Below the pieces are notes generated by a model. It made no database searches and was not told the origin of the DNA. It saw only the letters and a program-made list of their open reading frames with translations. A program made the translations under genes and the position numbers. From the NCBI GenBank assembly GCA_965116925.1, contig OZ220744.1:2496001-2560000 (forward strand): a stretch of DNA of 64,000 nucleotides, read 5' to 3'. Below are positions 29,196-39,574 of this stretch, piece by piece; position 1 is the first letter of the stretch; each line of letters starts with the position of its first letter. The stretch is from Candidatus Poribacteria bacterium (lineage in GTDB: Bacteria; Poribacteria; WGA-4E; PCPOR2b).

Positions 29196-30146
29196 ATGAA
29201 ATATGTGGAGCTTGGCACAACTGGACAGGAGGTTTCCCTTGTCGCCTTGGGGTGCATGAGCCTGACCCCTAGTGCGAAGGAGCGCAGTATAGCAACCGTC
29301 CATCGCGCTTATGAACTTGGAATTACCCTATATGATACCGCTGACATCTACGGCGATGGCGAATCCGAAAAGCTACTCGGAGAAGCCCTCCGTGAGGGAA
29401 ACATTCCGCGGGAAAAGGTGATTATCGCCTCAAAGTGCGCCGCCTTGCGGTATGAGAATGTGTATACATGGAATCTGTCCGCTTCTTATATCAAGGAGTG
29501 CTGCGAGGGATCACTCAAGCGTCTGGGTATGGAGTACATAGACCTCTATCAACCGCACCGCATTGACTACCTCGCGCATCCGGAGGAAACTGCCCGCGCA
29601 CTGGAAGACTTGAAGGCGGAAGGAAAGATTCGACATGTCGGTGTGAGCAACTATTCGCCAGATGAAATCCGTGCTATTTCGGCGTATACCCGTGTGGAGG
29701 CGTTGCAGACGCTATTTCACCTGTTGATCCAAGAGCCGTTGGAGATCGGTTTAGCTGCTGTCTGTCTGGAAAAGAAGATGAATATGCTCTGCTACAGTCC
29801 GCTTGCCGGTGGGCTTCTCACTGGAAATAAACCGCTGCCACACACCTTCGATCAGGGCTACGGCGATTGGCAGGAGCAGCGGGAGCAGGGCATGGTGGCG
29901 CAGGTGAAGATAGTCGCTGAACGGTACGGCGTAACGCCGGGGCAGATCTCGCTCGCGTGGTTGATGGTGCTCCCCGGTGGAGTTATCCCACTTGTGGGCA
30001 CGGGCAACCCCGACCACATTGAGGAGGGGGCGAAGGCTGCTGACATAACGCTGGAGCGCGATGATTGGTATGAGTTGACGATCATTGGACGGGGGCGTCG
30101 GATGCGGTGGCGGGGAAGACCCTACGTTTACTTGAAGGATCGGTAG
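29196..30146 (+). CDS. Aldo/keto reductase
   Basis: ALGCM, DTADIYG.G.SE, HR.D, GVSNY, YSPLAGGLL. Confidence 0.92.
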   Translation: MKYVELGTTGQEVSLVALGCMSLTPSAKERSIATVHRAYELGITLYDTADIYGDGESEKLLGEALREGNIPREKVIIASKCAALRYENVYTWNLSASYIKECCEGSLKRLGMEYIDLYQPHRIDYLAHPEETARALEDLKAEGKIRHVGVSNYSPDEIRAISAYTRVEALQTLFHLLIQEPLEIGLAAVCLEKKMNMLCYSPLAGGLLTGNKPLPHTFDQGYGDWQEQREQGMVAQVKIVAERYGVTPGQISLAWLMVLPGGVIPLVGTGNPDHIEEGAKAADITLERDDWYELTIIGRGRRMRWRGRPYVYLKDR

Positions 30147-30204
30147 TATTGGTGCATTAGTACATTGGTTTATTGAATTGATGAACCTTGAAAGGAGATA
30201 GGCT

Positions 30205-31062
30205 GTGATTGATTTTTCACGTTCGACGTTTACTTGGCACAATCATCCGTGGACACCGGATCCATACTATCGCTATGCCGGTGGTTTTGTGGGAGAACCG
30301 GGGCAGGTGTATCATGTCCGATTCGGTTTGGAAGCCAGCTGCGAAATACGGGACGAAGCGAGTGGGCATGTTACAAAAATGTTTGTGGGGGCACCGTGTC
30401 GGAGCGAGTACACGATTGCCACCCGAAATATGTTTCAGATTCCCAGCGGTGAGTGGCGCATGGCTTTCAGCGACGAATCCCAGTTGAGCATTGCGAAAAG
30501 ACCGAGCAACGAACCCGAAGAAGCTTCGACAAGGAAATTGAGCGAGATTTATCAGAGTTATAAGGTTGATGTGCGTTCGCATTCTGATTTCGCTGAACTG
30601 ACGGATGTCGGCGAGGTCATTGATGCGACCCTGAACGGCGATCTGCTGAATGCAAGATCGACCTATCGCGATAACGAACGTAACCTCAGTATCTCGATCG
30701 AATATCCTGTGGATGTTATGAATCTCAATGTGGTGGATAAGGAGTTCCAGGTCTGTACGGGGCCCATTATTCTGCCAGACTTGGCGACTTGGGATGGTCG
30801 AGACGTGAAACGGGTGTTTCTAGCACAGGTTGCTATTTCCGCATTTGATTGGGCGGAGTTCATCTTGCAACGGGAAATTAACGCATCGGCGGCGGATCGG
30901 GAATGGTTAGACAAACCGCGTGGTCGTGATCGTCAGGAGTTGCGAGATCCGAATAATCCACCGCCCGACTACCCGCCCCCTCGACCGCGCCCAACCGTTT
31001 ATAATGAGGTTTGGGAGTTTGAGGCGAGCAATGTTGTGTTGCGGGCAGAAAATCCTGTTTAG
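30205..31062 (+). CDS. Hypothetical protein
   Basis: 285-aa ORF with AAAGGAG RBS, in an operon-like run; no family recognised. Confidence 0.7.
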   Translation: MIDFSRSTFTWHNHPWTPDPYYRYAGGFVGEPGQVYHVRFGLEASCEIRDEASGHVTKMFVGAPCRSEYTIATRNMFQIPSGEWRMAFSDESQLSIAKRPSNEPEEASTRKLSEIYQSYKVDVRSHSDFAELTDVGEVIDATLNGDLLNARSTYRDNERNLSISIEYPVDVMNLNVVDKEFQVCTGPIILPDLATWDGRDVKRVFLAQVAISAFDWAEFILQREINASAADREWLDKPRGRDRQELRDPNNPPPDYPPPRPRPTVYNEVWEFEASNVVLRAENPV

Positions 31063-31105
31063 TTCATTGGTTTATTGGTTGGTTATTCGTTAGGAGAAGC
31101 GTTAC

Positions 31106-32338
31106 ATGCACGCAGAGATTGTTATGATTGGAACTGAGCTACTGCTCGGAGAGATTGTCGATACAAATGCTAACAGATTGGCACTCGCACTGCGAGATAT
31201 TGGGCTGGATCTATACTACAAAACGACTGTCGGCGATAACCTTGCCCGGATGACCGAAGTCCTCGACCAAGCGTTAGATCGGTCGGATGTCATTATCACG
31301 TCTGGGGGCATCGGTCCAACGGTGGACGATGTCACACGCCAAGCGGTTGCCGATGCAACGGGGCGTAAACTGGTATACAGCACGGAATTAGAGGCAGAGA
31401 TTGCGGCGCGTTTCAGCCGCTTTGGTCGTCCGATGGCTGACAACAACAAGCGGCAAGCCTACATTCCCGAAGGGGCAACTCCGTTGACAAACCCTGTGGG
31501 TACGGCACCGTGCTATCTGAGCGAAGATGTGAATGGACGGGGCTGCATCATTTCGCTGCCGGGCGTTCCGAGAGAACTTGATCACATGATGGAGAACACC
31601 GTTATCCCGCTGCTGATTGAGCGCATGGGTGGGATAAAAATCACTAGGGTTCGTGTGCTACGCACATGTGCGGTGGGTGAGAGTAACATTGATCGGGGCA
31701 TCGGAGATCTGATGACAGAGGGCAATCCGACCGTTGGCTTGGCAGCACATATCGGTCAGACTGATGTGCGGATTACTGCAAAGGCGGACACGGAAGAAGA
31801 GGCGGATACGCTCGTGGCTGGGATGGAAGAAAAACTCCGCGAGCGGTTGGGCGTTGCGATCTATGGTGTGGGGAAAGTAACGGTGGCAGAGGTTGTTGGC
31901 GATCTGATGCAAGGGAAATCGCTCAGGTTGGGTGTCGTCGATACGCTCACCGGGGGTCAACTCGCACGAGATCTGATTGAGTCCGGTTATTCCGACTTAG
32001 TGACAACCGATTTGGCTCCGACTGACCTAACGGAAGCGTTGAAAAATTTGGCCGCTGACACTAATAGTCCTCCAGATGTTGAGGAGGTGCGTTCCCTCGC
32101 TATTTCTCTGGCGAGGCACGTAACACCACCCGATGGCATAGGGCTTGCGATGATTGGTCCCTTTGAAGACTTTTCCACCTTTATCGCCCTGAATGGACCG
32201 GGGAAGGTTCTTCTCTTTCAACGGAGCCGCAATTATCAGGATTCCGATCATATTCGTAGGTGGTTGGTTGTCCAAGCGTTTGATTGGATTCGCCGGACCT
32301 TGTTGGGACAGATGAGGTCGCCGGTGGATTGGAATTGA
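31106..32338 (+). CDS. cinA: CinA family protein (MocF-like pyrophosphatase domain plus degenerate PncC domain)
   Basis: IGTELLLGEIVDTN, VGDN, GGIGPT.DD.T, GTAP, LPGVP.E. Confidence 0.85.
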   Translation: MHAEIVMIGTELLLGEIVDTNANRLALALRDIGLDLYYKTTVGDNLARMTEVLDQALDRSDVIITSGGIGPTVDDVTRQAVADATGRKLVYSTELEAEIAARFSRFGRPMADNNKRQAYIPEGATPLTNPVGTAPCYLSEDVNGRGCIISLPGVPRELDHMMENTVIPLLIERMGGIKITRVRVLRTCAVGESNIDRGIGDLMTEGNPTVGLAAHIGQTDVRITAKADTEEEADTLVAGMEEKLRERLGVAIYGVGKVTVAEVVGDLMQGKSLRLGVVDTLTGGQLARDLIESGYSDLVTTDLAPTDLTEALKNLAADTNSPPDVEEVRSLAISLARHVTPPDGIGLAMIGPFEDFSTFIALNGPGKVLLFQRSRNYQDSDHIRRWLVVQAFDWIRRTLLGQMRSPVDWN

Positions 32339-32357
32339 CCGAGAGGAGGTGGTGCTA

Positions 32358-33326
32358 ATGAAAGAACTTGGACGGTTAATCAAAGTGCCGCTCAGTAAAT
32401 TTTGGGACGATGAAGCGGGTGATTTCACCCCTTGGTTGGCTAGCGAGGAAAATATAGGTCTGCTCGGCGAGACGATTGGAATTGAGTTGGAAGTCGAGGC
32501 ACAGGAGAGAAATGTTGGTCCGTTCCGGGCTGATATTTTGTGTAAGGACACAGTAACAGATAGTTGGGTGTTGATTGAAAATCAACTTGAGCGGACAGAT
32601 CACAAACATCTCGGACAGTTATTAACTTACGCTGCTGGGTTGGACGCTGTAACGGTGGTCTGGATTGCTGAACGGTTTACAGATGAGCACCGTGCTGCGC
32701 TAGACTGGCTCAACGAGATTACGGATGAAAGGTTCAGTTTCTTCGGGCTAGAGATTGAATTGTGGCGGATTGGCGATTCACCGATGGCACTAAAGTTTAA
32801 CGTGGTTTCACATCCCAACGACTGGACGAAAACTGTTTCGAGAATATCGCGAGCCGAATTAACTCCCGCACAGCAGTTCTATCTCGAATACTGGACAGGA
32901 CTACGAAATCTCCTAGAACAACGCAACGGTGTGATCAAGCCCAGGCAACCTTCACGGGATAATTGGATCTCCTTTGCTGTTGGCCGTTCTGATTTCCATA
33001 TCACTGCTAGAGCTAACGTAAGAGAAAAAAGGATTTATGTTAGGCTCGTGCTTACTGGTGAAGACGCAGAACCTCATTTTTACCTCTTGGGGCAGGATAG
33101 GATAGATATCAAAAAGGAAATTGGTGCCGAATTAGAATGGAACCCCGGGCGAAAGGAGAAACACATAAGCCTCTCTCTGTATGACACCGATCTTGAAGAC
33201 CGCCAAGACTGGAACAGACAGCACCAATGGCTATGTGAACAACTTGAAAATTTTCACAGAGTTTTCTCTCCACGGGTTAAGGGGCTTGATGCCAGCGATT
33301 ATGTCCCTGAAGAAGACGAGCATTAG
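32358..33326 (+). CDS. DUF4268 domain protein with N-terminal PD-(D/E)xK-like region
   Basis: DFTPWL, ADILC.D, LIENQLE.TDH.HLGQ.LTYAAG. Confidence 0.75.
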   Translation: MKELGRLIKVPLSKFWDDEAGDFTPWLASEENIGLLGETIGIELEVEAQERNVGPFRADILCKDTVTDSWVLIENQLERTDHKHLGQLLTYAAGLDAVTVVWIAERFTDEHRAALDWLNEITDERFSFFGLEIELWRIGDSPMALKFNVVSHPNDWTKTVSRISRAELTPAQQFYLEYWTGLRNLLEQRNGVIKPRQPSRDNWISFAVGRSDFHITARANVREKRIYVRLVLTGEDAEPHFYLLGQDRIDIKKEIGAELEWNPGRKEKHISLSLYDTDLEDRQDWNRQHQWLCEQLENFHRVFSPRVKGLDASDYVPEEDEH

Positions 33327-33456
33327 TGTAGGTTGGGTTGAACGATTAGACGCGAACCTCAATCAAGGATTGAGCTTACCCCCATCCTTTAGACAGCGAT
33401 GAATGGGATTTAAGATATAAAATCTGAGCAACGTGGTCCAGTGTAAACGCCTGATT

Positions 33457-34302
33457 TTACTGGAAATACACCTCGTGAGGTGTTCGATAGTTAAGTGCTT
33501 GATGAAACCGGTGTTGATTGTAAAAGTTGAAATAATCTCTCAATCGACAACAAGCCGTAGTCACCGAATCATAGTCGTTGAGATAAACCTCCTCATACTT
33601 GACACTGCGCCAAAGCCGTTCAATGAAGATATTGTCAAAATAGCTACCTCTTCCGTCCCAACTGATGGCAATATCAGCGGCTTTGAGTCGATTAGTAAAG
33701 GCATCAGAAGTGAACTGACTGCCTTGGTCATTGTTGAATATCAAGGGTTTGGATTGGCTAAGGGCACGTTCGAGAGCCGATAGACAAAAGTATACGTCGA
33801 GTGAGTTTGACAGTTCCCACGACAACACATACCGGGAGAACCAATCCATAACCGCTACCAGATACACAAACCCACTGGTCAGGCGAATATAGGTGATATC
33901 CGTTGCCCAAACCTGATTGGGTCTAATGATACTTAGTCCCTTGAGTAAATAGGGATACGTTTTCGATGGGTTGCCCGTAGCTGAAGCTGTGGGTTTGGGA
34001 TAGATAGCCGCTAATCCCATCTTCCGCATCAACCGTGCCACCCGTTTTGGGTTGATACTATAGCCTTCAGAACGCAACCATGCGGTCAATCGAGGCACGC
34101 CGTAAAACGGTGTTTTTGTGTACTGCTCATCTATCAACCGCATGTAGCGTAGATTTTGTGCCGATTCGCCTATAGGCTGGTAATAGAACGAGGCTCTAGC
34201 CAAGCCTAACAGCTCACATTGTCTGACAACCGAAAGACCATGGCACGTCTTGTCAATCAACTGTCGTTTCTGTTCAACGGAAAGGTTGAGTTTTTTTTTC
34301 AA
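33457..34302 (-). CDS. IS3 transposase OrfB (DDE integrase core)
   Basis: W.TDITY, NDQGSQF, DN..IERLWRS.KYE. Confidence 0.92.
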   Translation of the reverse strand: MKKKLNLSVEQKRQLIDKTCHGLSVVRQCELLGLARASFYYQPIGESAQNLRYMRLIDEQYTKTPFYGVPRLTAWLRSEGYSINPKRVARLMRKMGLAAIYPKPTASATGNPSKTYPYLLKGLSIIRPNQVWATDITYIRLTSGFVYLVAVMDWFSRYVLSWELSNSLDVYFCLSALERALSQSKPLIFNNDQGSQFTSDAFTNRLKAADIAISWDGRGSYFDNIFIERLWRSVKYEEVYLNDYDSVTTACCRLRDYFNFYNQHRFHQALNYRTPHEVYFQ

Positions 34303-34566
34303 GCCAGTCCAACTCCACCTTCAACTGACCGATTTGACGATACAGTTCTGCTACTAACTGGTCGGTGTCAGCCTCCGCTTTTGTTTTGAGCGTCCGTTGG
34401 TAAACAATTGAGGTAATTGCTCAAGCACCTGTTTCTTCCATTGGTTGACTTGAGTCGGGTGCACTCCATATGCACTGGCTATCTGAGCGACTGTTTGTTG
34501 ATTTTTTATCGCTTCAATAGCCACCTGTGCTTTAAATTGACTCGTGTACTGCTTTCTACGGGACAT
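34274..34566 (-). pseudogene. IS3 OrfA (HTH), frameshifted near 34382
   Basis: MSRRKQYTSQFKAQVAIEA... stops early; the conserved tail ELYRQIGQLKVELDWL lies in the -1 frame. Confidence 0.75.
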
Positions 34567-34809
34567 GGGGGTGAAAACTCCTTTCTTTGTTAGGCGTTTC
34601 TGACCCATATTCTCGCACAGATGACGACTGTTTTATAGTCCAAAATATATCTTATTCAGGTGCCCAGGTTTTGGGGGTAATTACAGATAATAGAGGTGAG
34701 GGCTTTCAACAACACTGTCTTATAGATAGATCGAGTGAAACCCAACACGCAATTCAACCGACAAACACACGTACAGCCATTGGTATGTCACCTCCGTAAC
34801 ACAGCTATG

Positions 34810-35283
34810 CTAAAGACGTTCTTCCTCTAGATCGTATACGTCGAACCAAACGTAAACAGGACGATGCTTCGGAACAGATTCTTCTATGTACTCTTCAAGA
34901 TATTCCTGTGCGCCATCGGGCATCTCGCTGATGCGCATATCTCGCAATCGGTAGTTCCAGCGAATGATTTCCATCTTATCCTGAATCTTCGATTTCGATT
35001 TTAACCATTCAGCGATGTCATCATCAGTTGCCCCAGTTGCGACAAACTCTTTGAAATCTTCTTGGGTAATGCCGGTGAAGTCAAACAGATGAGAAGCGAG
35101 GGAACAGGGGTAATAATTATATTCACCGTTAATTCCAAGCAGTGCTGCACGGCATTTGTCGACACTCCTTGCAGCAATCACGTATCCTCCTAATGTTTCT
35201 CTTGGACTTCGAGGATATTCTTTCGTTAAATCTTTGGCGAGAAGCGACAGTTTTTCTCGGTTCACGGTTTTGATCTCCTTCAA
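34810..35283 (-). CDS. DUF5069 family protein
   Basis: DL....PRSPRE.LGGY...AR..DK.RA...G..GEY.Y.C. Confidence 0.75.
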   Translation of the reverse strand: MKEIKTVNREKLSLLAKDLTKEYPRSPRETLGGYVIAARSVDKCRAALLGINGEYNYYPCSLASHLFDFTGITQEDFKEFVATGATDDDIAEWLKSKSKIQDKMEIIRWNYRLRDMRISEMPDGAQEYLEEYIEESVPKHRPVYVWFDVYDLEEERL

Positions 35284-35581
35284 TGTGATATAGGACTTTC
35301 AGAAACTATAGTGAATTCTAAAAATAAATAAACACTTTCACCTCCCCCGCCTCGAATAGGCGCAGTTGGAAACAGCACCTACCAAACGGTGGAATGGTAA
35401 TTTCGTTTTTCTAACCGCACCGGTTTGGAGTGTCTCATTAATTCTAAGGTCCACTATAAAAAGGGAGTTGCTTTTTAAGTATAACGCAAGTTGCTAAATT
35501 CTGTTGACATTTCACATACTGTGCGGTAATTTGCACAATGGTTACGGCACACGGAGTGTGCCTACTACTATTTTATCATAA

Positions 35582-37231
35582 ATGGAAAATGGGATTGATA
35601 CCGCCACAGCCACAACCTCTGATGACCAGCAGCGCGTCACCCGATCTGCGGGGATCGTTAGTATCGCTGTGATGGCGTCGCGCCTGCTTGGGTTGGTGCG
35701 TGAGAAGGTGATCGCCTACTACTTTGCCGCCGGTGTCGGCGGTGATGCGTTCTATGCGGCGTTTCGGATCCCGAACCTGATGCGCGATCTGTTTGGGGAA
35801 GGAGCGTTAAGCAAGGCGTTTGTCACGACGTTTACAGCGACCGAGTTGGAGGAGGGTGAAGAGGCTGCTTGGCGTCTGGCGAGTCGGGTTTTCAACGCAA
35901 CTTTTCTGCTGCTCACGCTGATAACGGTCGTTGGGATTTTCGCTGCTCCTGCTATCGTAGATCTGATATTCACCGGCAAGGGGTTTCAGGAGGTGCCGCT
36001 CGACCCGTCGGAACATTTCGGCTTTGAATCTAAACGCGATCTGACCGTTTATCTGACGCAGATTATGTTTCCGTACCTGATCTTAGTTTCGTTGGCTGCG
36101 GTGACGATGGGGCTTCTCAACAGCAAGGGCAAGTTTGGGTTGCCCGCCTCGGCGTCCTCTTTTTTTAACGTTGGATCGCTGATCGTCGGGGTGTGGGGTT
36201 ACTACCTCGCACCGAGTTTTGAGCTGCACCGGACAACGGGGATGGCAGTTGGCGTATTGGTTGGGGGTGCGTTACAGTTTTTTATTCAGGTGCCTTCAAT
36301 GCGGCGCGTCGGATTCCGGTATCAGCCGCTTCTCAGTTTTCGCGATGAACGGGTGCGACAGGTGATGCGACTTATTGGACCTACGATCCTTGGGGTTGCT
36401 GCGTTGCAGCTGAACGTATTGGTCAACTCGATCTTTGCATCAGAGGGAGAGGGTTGGCTGACTTGGATTAACCGTGCTTTTCGGTTGATGCACCTACCGA
36501 TCGGTGTCTTTGGCGTTGCAATCTCGACGGTTGCCCTGCCGAATCTAGCGAAACTAGTCGCAAAGGGGGACATGGAGGCGTATCGTCGTGCTTTCTCGTA
36601 CGCGCTCCGTCTCATGTTTCTGCTGACAGTGCCTGCGTCGGTTGGGCTGATGGTGCTCGCTGAGCCGATCTGTCGCCTGATTTTTGAGGGTGGACAGGCG
36701 AACCCCTTGGATACACAACAGACGGCGGTCGCGCTGTTTTACTACGGCTTTGGGTTGTGCGGTTTTTCGGCGGTCAAGATTACGACGGATGGGTTTTATA
36801 CCTTCAATGATACACGCACACCCGCTGTGGTCAGCCTGTGCACCGTCGGACTCAATATCACCCTGAACTACCTCTTTATCTATCGACTCGGTTTTGACCA
36901 CCGGTCGCTTGCGCTGTCTACCTCCTGCACGATTACGTTGAATTTTCTCGTGCTGCTGTTTCTTTTGCGGGGGAAGGCTGAGGGATTGGGATTAGGCGGG
37001 ATCTGGCTGCTGCTGATTAAACTGGCGGTTGCTTCTGCTGTTATGGGGTGTGTCTGCTGGTGGGGGTACACGCAGATTGAGGGTTGGCTTGGTGTGGAGC
37101 GCATTATCGCCCGGCTCATCGGTGTGTTTATTCCGATCGGGTTGGGGGTAGCCGTTTTGGTGGTGGGAGCCAAGTTGATGCGGATCCGGGAGTTGGATCA
37201 GTTGTTGGGGGCGATTGCTCGACGGCTCTAG
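35582..37231 (+). CDS. murJ: Lipid II flippase MurJ (MviN)
   Basis: SRLLGLVRE, DAF.AAFRIPN..R.LFGEGA, LPIGVFGVAI. Confidence 0.93.
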   Translation: MENGIDTATATTSDDQQRVTRSAGIVSIAVMASRLLGLVREKVIAYYFAAGVGGDAFYAAFRIPNLMRDLFGEGALSKAFVTTFTATELEEGEEAAWRLASRVFNATFLLLTLITVVGIFAAPAIVDLIFTGKGFQEVPLDPSEHFGFESKRDLTVYLTQIMFPYLILVSLAAVTMGLLNSKGKFGLPASASSFFNVGSLIVGVWGYYLAPSFELHRTTGMAVGVLVGGALQFFIQVPSMRRVGFRYQPLLSFRDERVRQVMRLIGPTILGVAALQLNVLVNSIFASEGEGWLTWINRAFRLMHLPIGVFGVAISTVALPNLAKLVAKGDMEAYRRAFSYALRLMFLLTVPASVGLMVLAEPICRLIFEGGQANPLDTQQTAVALFYYGFGLCGFSAVKITTDGFYTFNDTRTPAVVSLCTVGLNITLNYLFIYRLGFDHRSLALSTSCTITLNFLVLLFLLRGKAEGLGLGGIWLLLIKLAVASAVMGCVCWWGYTQIEGWLGVERIIARLIGVFIPIGLGVAVLVVGAKLMRIRELDQLLGAIARRL

Positions 37232-37421
37232 TGGTTCATTGGTACACTAAACTGGCAAACGATGTATATTGTGCTCCTCTGGAGCACGGATATTAGATAC
37301 ATCGCCTTTCTATAGACATATCGCTCCTCTGGAGCGAAGGATTAAGTGATCGATGGGCGGGAAGACCCCGCCCCTACGGTAATATCACGGCGGTTACGGC
37401 ATACGGCGTATGCCTACTACT

Positions 37422-38186
37422 TTAATAATTTTCGTGGCGTATAACTGTTGAGGAGGGGAGGCGGACGGATTTACTGCGTGTTGGGTCCACATAGCCGAGG
37501 CGTAGTAGGGTGATGACTTCGTGGGAGTTGGGGATATTGAAGATGTCCTGAATCCGCTCTCGGTCTGCTTGACGCTCTAGTGGTGCACTGACAAACTGGG
37601 TGCCGATGCCTAGCGATGTTGCGGTCAGGAGCAGATTTTGGATGGCGGCTCCCATACCCAACCACATCCACCGATTGCCGCCTTCGCCGGGTGGGTGTTT
37701 TGTGGTATCCATCAGGATGAGGATGAGCAGCGGTGCAGTACGAACAAGCTCGGAGATCTCTTTGGCGGGCAGCTTGCCTGCTCCGAGATGTCCCAGAATG
37801 CTGAGATGTTTTGCATGTTTCAGCAGCGGCTTGAGTTTACTTGGATCTTTGCGGAACACGGGCGGAAGGTCAACATGATCGGTCAGCAGCACACCATCGC
37901 CGCGTTCTTCCCATTCCGCTTCCGTCAAGCGCATCCAGCGGCTATTGTCGTCTAGGAAGGTGCTGTCTTTGAATTGGTCGACGACGCTCTGTGCGGTCAA
38001 CTCGGCGATGGCATTTTTCCCGTCAGCTTCACGTATGATGAGGAACTCCCAAGGCTGTGTGTTGAATGGCGAGGGCGCCCACTGCGCTGCTTGGATGAGT
38101 TGGTTAAGGTCTTCTTGAGAAATCGCGTCCGTGCGAAATTCTCCGCGATGCGTCCGGCGTTGGGTGATAGCGTCGAAAAGTTCCAT
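37422..38186 (-). CDS. Nitroreductase family protein
   Basis: AI..RRT.R..F, APS..N.QPW.F, G.AIQNLLL.A...GIG. Confidence 0.85.
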   Translation of the reverse strand: MELFDAITQRRTHRGEFRTDAISQEDLNQLIQAAQWAPSPFNTQPWEFLIIREADGKNAIAELTAQSVVDQFKDSTFLDDNSRWMRLTEAEWEERGDGVLLTDHVDLPPVFRKDPSKLKPLLKHAKHLSILGHLGAGKLPAKEISELVRTAPLLILILMDTTKHPPGEGGNRWMWLGMGAAIQNLLLTATSLGIGTQFVSAPLERQADRERIQDIFNIPNSHEVITLLRLGYVDPTRSKSVRLPSSTVIRHENY

Positions 38187-38218
38187 AGCGATCTCCTGAC
38201 ATACTTTGAGGAAAGAAA

Positions 38219-39448
38219 ATGGCACAACAAACAGAAATTTTAATCGTCGGTGGCGGGATATGGGGACTGAGTACCGCCTACCATTTGGCAAAGTTTGGAC
38301 AAAAGGATATTCTCGTTCTCGAACGCAACGATGCAATTGCTGAGGAGACGACCCCCCAAGCTGCGGGACTGGTCGGTCAGATTCGTGCCTCGGTTACCAT
38401 GTTGCAGGCGATCCGATACGCGCTTGAACTGTTCTCTCAGTTCCCAAAGGAGACCGGACATGACCCCGGTCTGCGTCAGACTGGCAGCCTGATGGTCGCG
38501 CTCACGCCAGAACGGATGGAAGCCTACGCACGTCAAATTGAACGATCTCACCGCAACGGAATTGAAGCGGATTTTGTTTCACACGCTGAGATGGCTCGTC
38601 TCGCTCCTGCGATGGATCCCACCAAGGTTGAGGGCGGTTATTTCGTCCCGAACGATGGATACGTCGATCCGCAGCAGTGCGCTCGCGCTTATGCCGCCGC
38701 AGCGAAAGATTTGGGGGTTCAAATCCAACTGAACACACCCGTAACAGGCTTTCGGCAGCACAACGGGGAGGTCCTCGGTGTTGAGACAGAAAATGGCTTT
38801 ATCGGGTCAAATCACCTCGTGATAACCGCAGGACCGTGGGGTGCTGGGCTCGCCAAAGAGGTTGGCGCGACCTCGGCGGTGCAACCGATCCGCCATCAAC
38901 GGGCTCGCACCGTGCCGACCCCCGGCATCCCCGACCATCATCCAGCCGTGCGTGTTACCGATGTCAGTTGCTATCTGAGACCTGACAAGGGAGGTTATCT
39001 CTACGGATTCTTTGAACCGACACCGGTCAGCATCAATTTGGAAACGATGCCCGCCAACTTTAGGACGGGGGATATTGAACCGCCTGTAGAGGTCATGGTA
39101 GAGGCGCAGAGACGGCTTGTCCCAACTTTCCCGATTCTGAAAGCCCTTGAAATCGCTGAGTATCGACGCGGCATGACTACATTCGCACCCGACGGTGCTT
39201 ATCTGATTGGTCCGGTGCCGGGGATTGATCGACTCTACTTAGCCACCGGTTGCGCTGCATTGGGAATTGCCGGTTCCCCGGCAGTCGGTCGATGGCTGGC
39301 AAATTGGATAATCGACGGGGATCCCGGCGAAGATTTAGCTATGTTTTCGCACCAACGGTTCGGAGCTCAAGCCGCCGATCAGGAATGGTTGCGTCGAGAG
39401 AGCGAACAGTTTTACGCAAACTACTACGGCATCCGATCCGATGAATGA
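38219..39448 (+). CDS. FAD-dependent oxidoreductase (sarcosine/dimethylglycine dehydrogenase-like)
   Basis: IVGGGIWG.S.AYHLA, AAGL, DG.VDP, TF.PDG..LIG. Confidence 0.88.
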   Translation: MAQQTEILIVGGGIWGLSTAYHLAKFGQKDILVLERNDAIAEETTPQAAGLVGQIRASVTMLQAIRYALELFSQFPKETGHDPGLRQTGSLMVALTPERMEAYARQIERSHRNGIEADFVSHAEMARLAPAMDPTKVEGGYFVPNDGYVDPQQCARAYAAAAKDLGVQIQLNTPVTGFRQHNGEVLGVETENGFIGSNHLVITAGPWGAGLAKEVGATSAVQPIRHQRARTVPTPGIPDHHPAVRVTDVSCYLRPDKGGYLYGFFEPTPVSINLETMPANFRTGDIEPPVEVMVEAQRRLVPTFPILKALEIAEYRRGMTTFAPDGAYLIGPVPGIDRLYLATGCAALGIAGSPAVGRWLANWIIDGDPGEDLAMFSHQRFGAQAADQEWLRRESEQFYANYYGIRSDE

Positions 39449-39574
39449 AACGTGATGCGTGAAACGTAAATTGGTCCATTAGTTCATCGGTTCATTTTGA
39501 TTCCCGTAGACTCGTACTAATCTGCGGGGGTTGAATAAGCCTCTCAAGTTCTTGGAAATGCACGAAGGTTAGCA

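Larger units (their letters stand above)
33371..34685 (-). mobile_element. IS3-family insertion sequence, 1315 bp, with 3-bp GAT target duplication
   Basis: TG...CA ends; imperfect IRs TGAGCTTACCCCCATCC / TGTAATTACCCCCAAAA; GAT at 33368-33370 and 34686-34688. Confidence 0.92.
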
